A stretch of 64,000 nt of DNA, from assembly GCF_030144855.1 (NCBI RefSeq), contig NC_082727.1, forward strand, positions 29,202,001 to 29,266,000. Direction: 5' to 3'. Numbering within the stretch: position 1 is the first letter of the stretch; every line of letters starts with the position of its first letter. Below, one piece after another: positions 63,156 to 64,000 of the stretch. The notes beneath the pieces were generated by a model. That model saw only the letters and a list, made by a program, of their open reading frames with translations, was not told the origin of the DNA and did not search any database. Position numbers and translations under genes: made by a program. Origin of the DNA: Hypanus sabinus (taxonomy: Eukaryota).

Positions 63156-63261
63156 AATAGGAGCAGAATTAGGCCATTCAGCCCATTGAGTCTGCTCCAC
63201 CATTCCATCATGGTGGAAACTGGATCCCACTCAACCCCATGCACCTGCCTTCATATTTCAC

Positions 63262-64000
63262 CAGAAAGTTGCCAAAAAATTGAGAGTATCAGGGAGCAAA
63301 AGTGAGTGTAGTTGCTAAAACGAAGGAGAAGGTGCTTGAGAAGCTGAAAAGTCTGAAGATTGATCTCACCTGGACCAGATAGTTTATATCCCAGACTGCT
63401 GAAAGAGGTAGATGAAGAGATTGTGGAGGCATTAGTAGTGACCTTTAAAGAATGGTGCAGGAGGATTGGAAAATTGCAACTCACACTCCACTCAAAGAAG
63501 GGCAGGGGACAAATGAAAGGAAACTATAGGCCAGTTAGCCTGACTTCAGTCAGATGTTGGAGTCCATTATTAAGGGCGAGGTTTCAGGGTACTTAGAGGC
63601 ACATGATAAAATAGGCCAAAGTCAGCATGGTTCCCTTAAGGGGAGACCTTGCCTGACAAACCTGGTAGAATTCTTAGAAAACATAACGGGCAGGATAAAT
63701 AAAGGGAAGACAGTGGAGGTCGTTTTCTTGAATTTTCAGAAGGCCTTTGTCAAGGTTCTACACATGAGGCTGACCATGGTGTTACAGGAAAGATAAAACT
63801 TGGGCAGAAGATTGGCTAACTGTAGGAGGCAAAGAGTAGAAATGAAGGGAGCTTTTGCTGGTTGGCTGCTGGTAACTAATGGTGTTCCACAGGGGTCGGT
63901 ATTGGGACCGCTTCTTGTTACGTTATGTTAATGATCTAGATGAGGGAATTGATGGCTTTGAGGCCGAATTTGCAGATAATACAAAGAAAGGTGGAGCAGC
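63262..64000 (+). mobile_element. CR1 ORF2 RT fragment
   Basis: SPGPDSLYPRLLKE, GNYRPVSLTSV, QHGSLKGRPCLTNL, GVPQGSVLGP and FADNTK. Confidence 0.92.

Larger units (their letters stand above)
7838..64000 (+). other. ANK3: ANK3 intron downstream of the first exon, continuing past the window end
   Basis: Begins at the GT donor. No SDANAS-like ankyrin exon 2 was seen downstream. Confidence 0.65.

Noticed and set aside
7838-64000. Downstream ankyrin-repeat exons of ANK3
   Set aside because: No SDANASYLRAARAG-like or ankyrin-repeat peptide was found by eye or in the ORF track. A short exon could have been missed.

Overview
Vertebrate genomic DNA, almost certainly a cartilaginous fish (shark or ray), inferred from dense CR1 LINEs, HE1/V-SINE-type SINEs and Rex/Babar LINEs. 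The only host coding sequence I can support is a 37-codon first exon of ankyrin-3 (ANK3 exon-1b type, + strand, 7727-7837), which the ORF track misses. About 56 kb of its downstream intron follows, and I did not find exon 2. The rest is a transposable-element mosaic: CR1, Rex1/Babar, L2, RTE and R4/Dong-like LINE remnants, Tc1 and Tigger/pogo DNA transposons, tRNA-derived SINEs and a solo LTR. Two patterns stand out. (1) A dispersed family of short Penelope-like elements carries a minimal hammerhead ribozyme, often as head-to-head inverted pairs that switch strand at the ribozyme. Every ANK3-sense copy has a damaged catalytic core. (2) A 46-copy, 37-bp minisatellite upstream of the ANK3 exon carries a consensus 5' splice site in its unit on the minus strand, which reads as a U1-like sequence on the plus strand. 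All calls are by eye, and repeat boundaries without target-site duplications (TSDs) are approximate.
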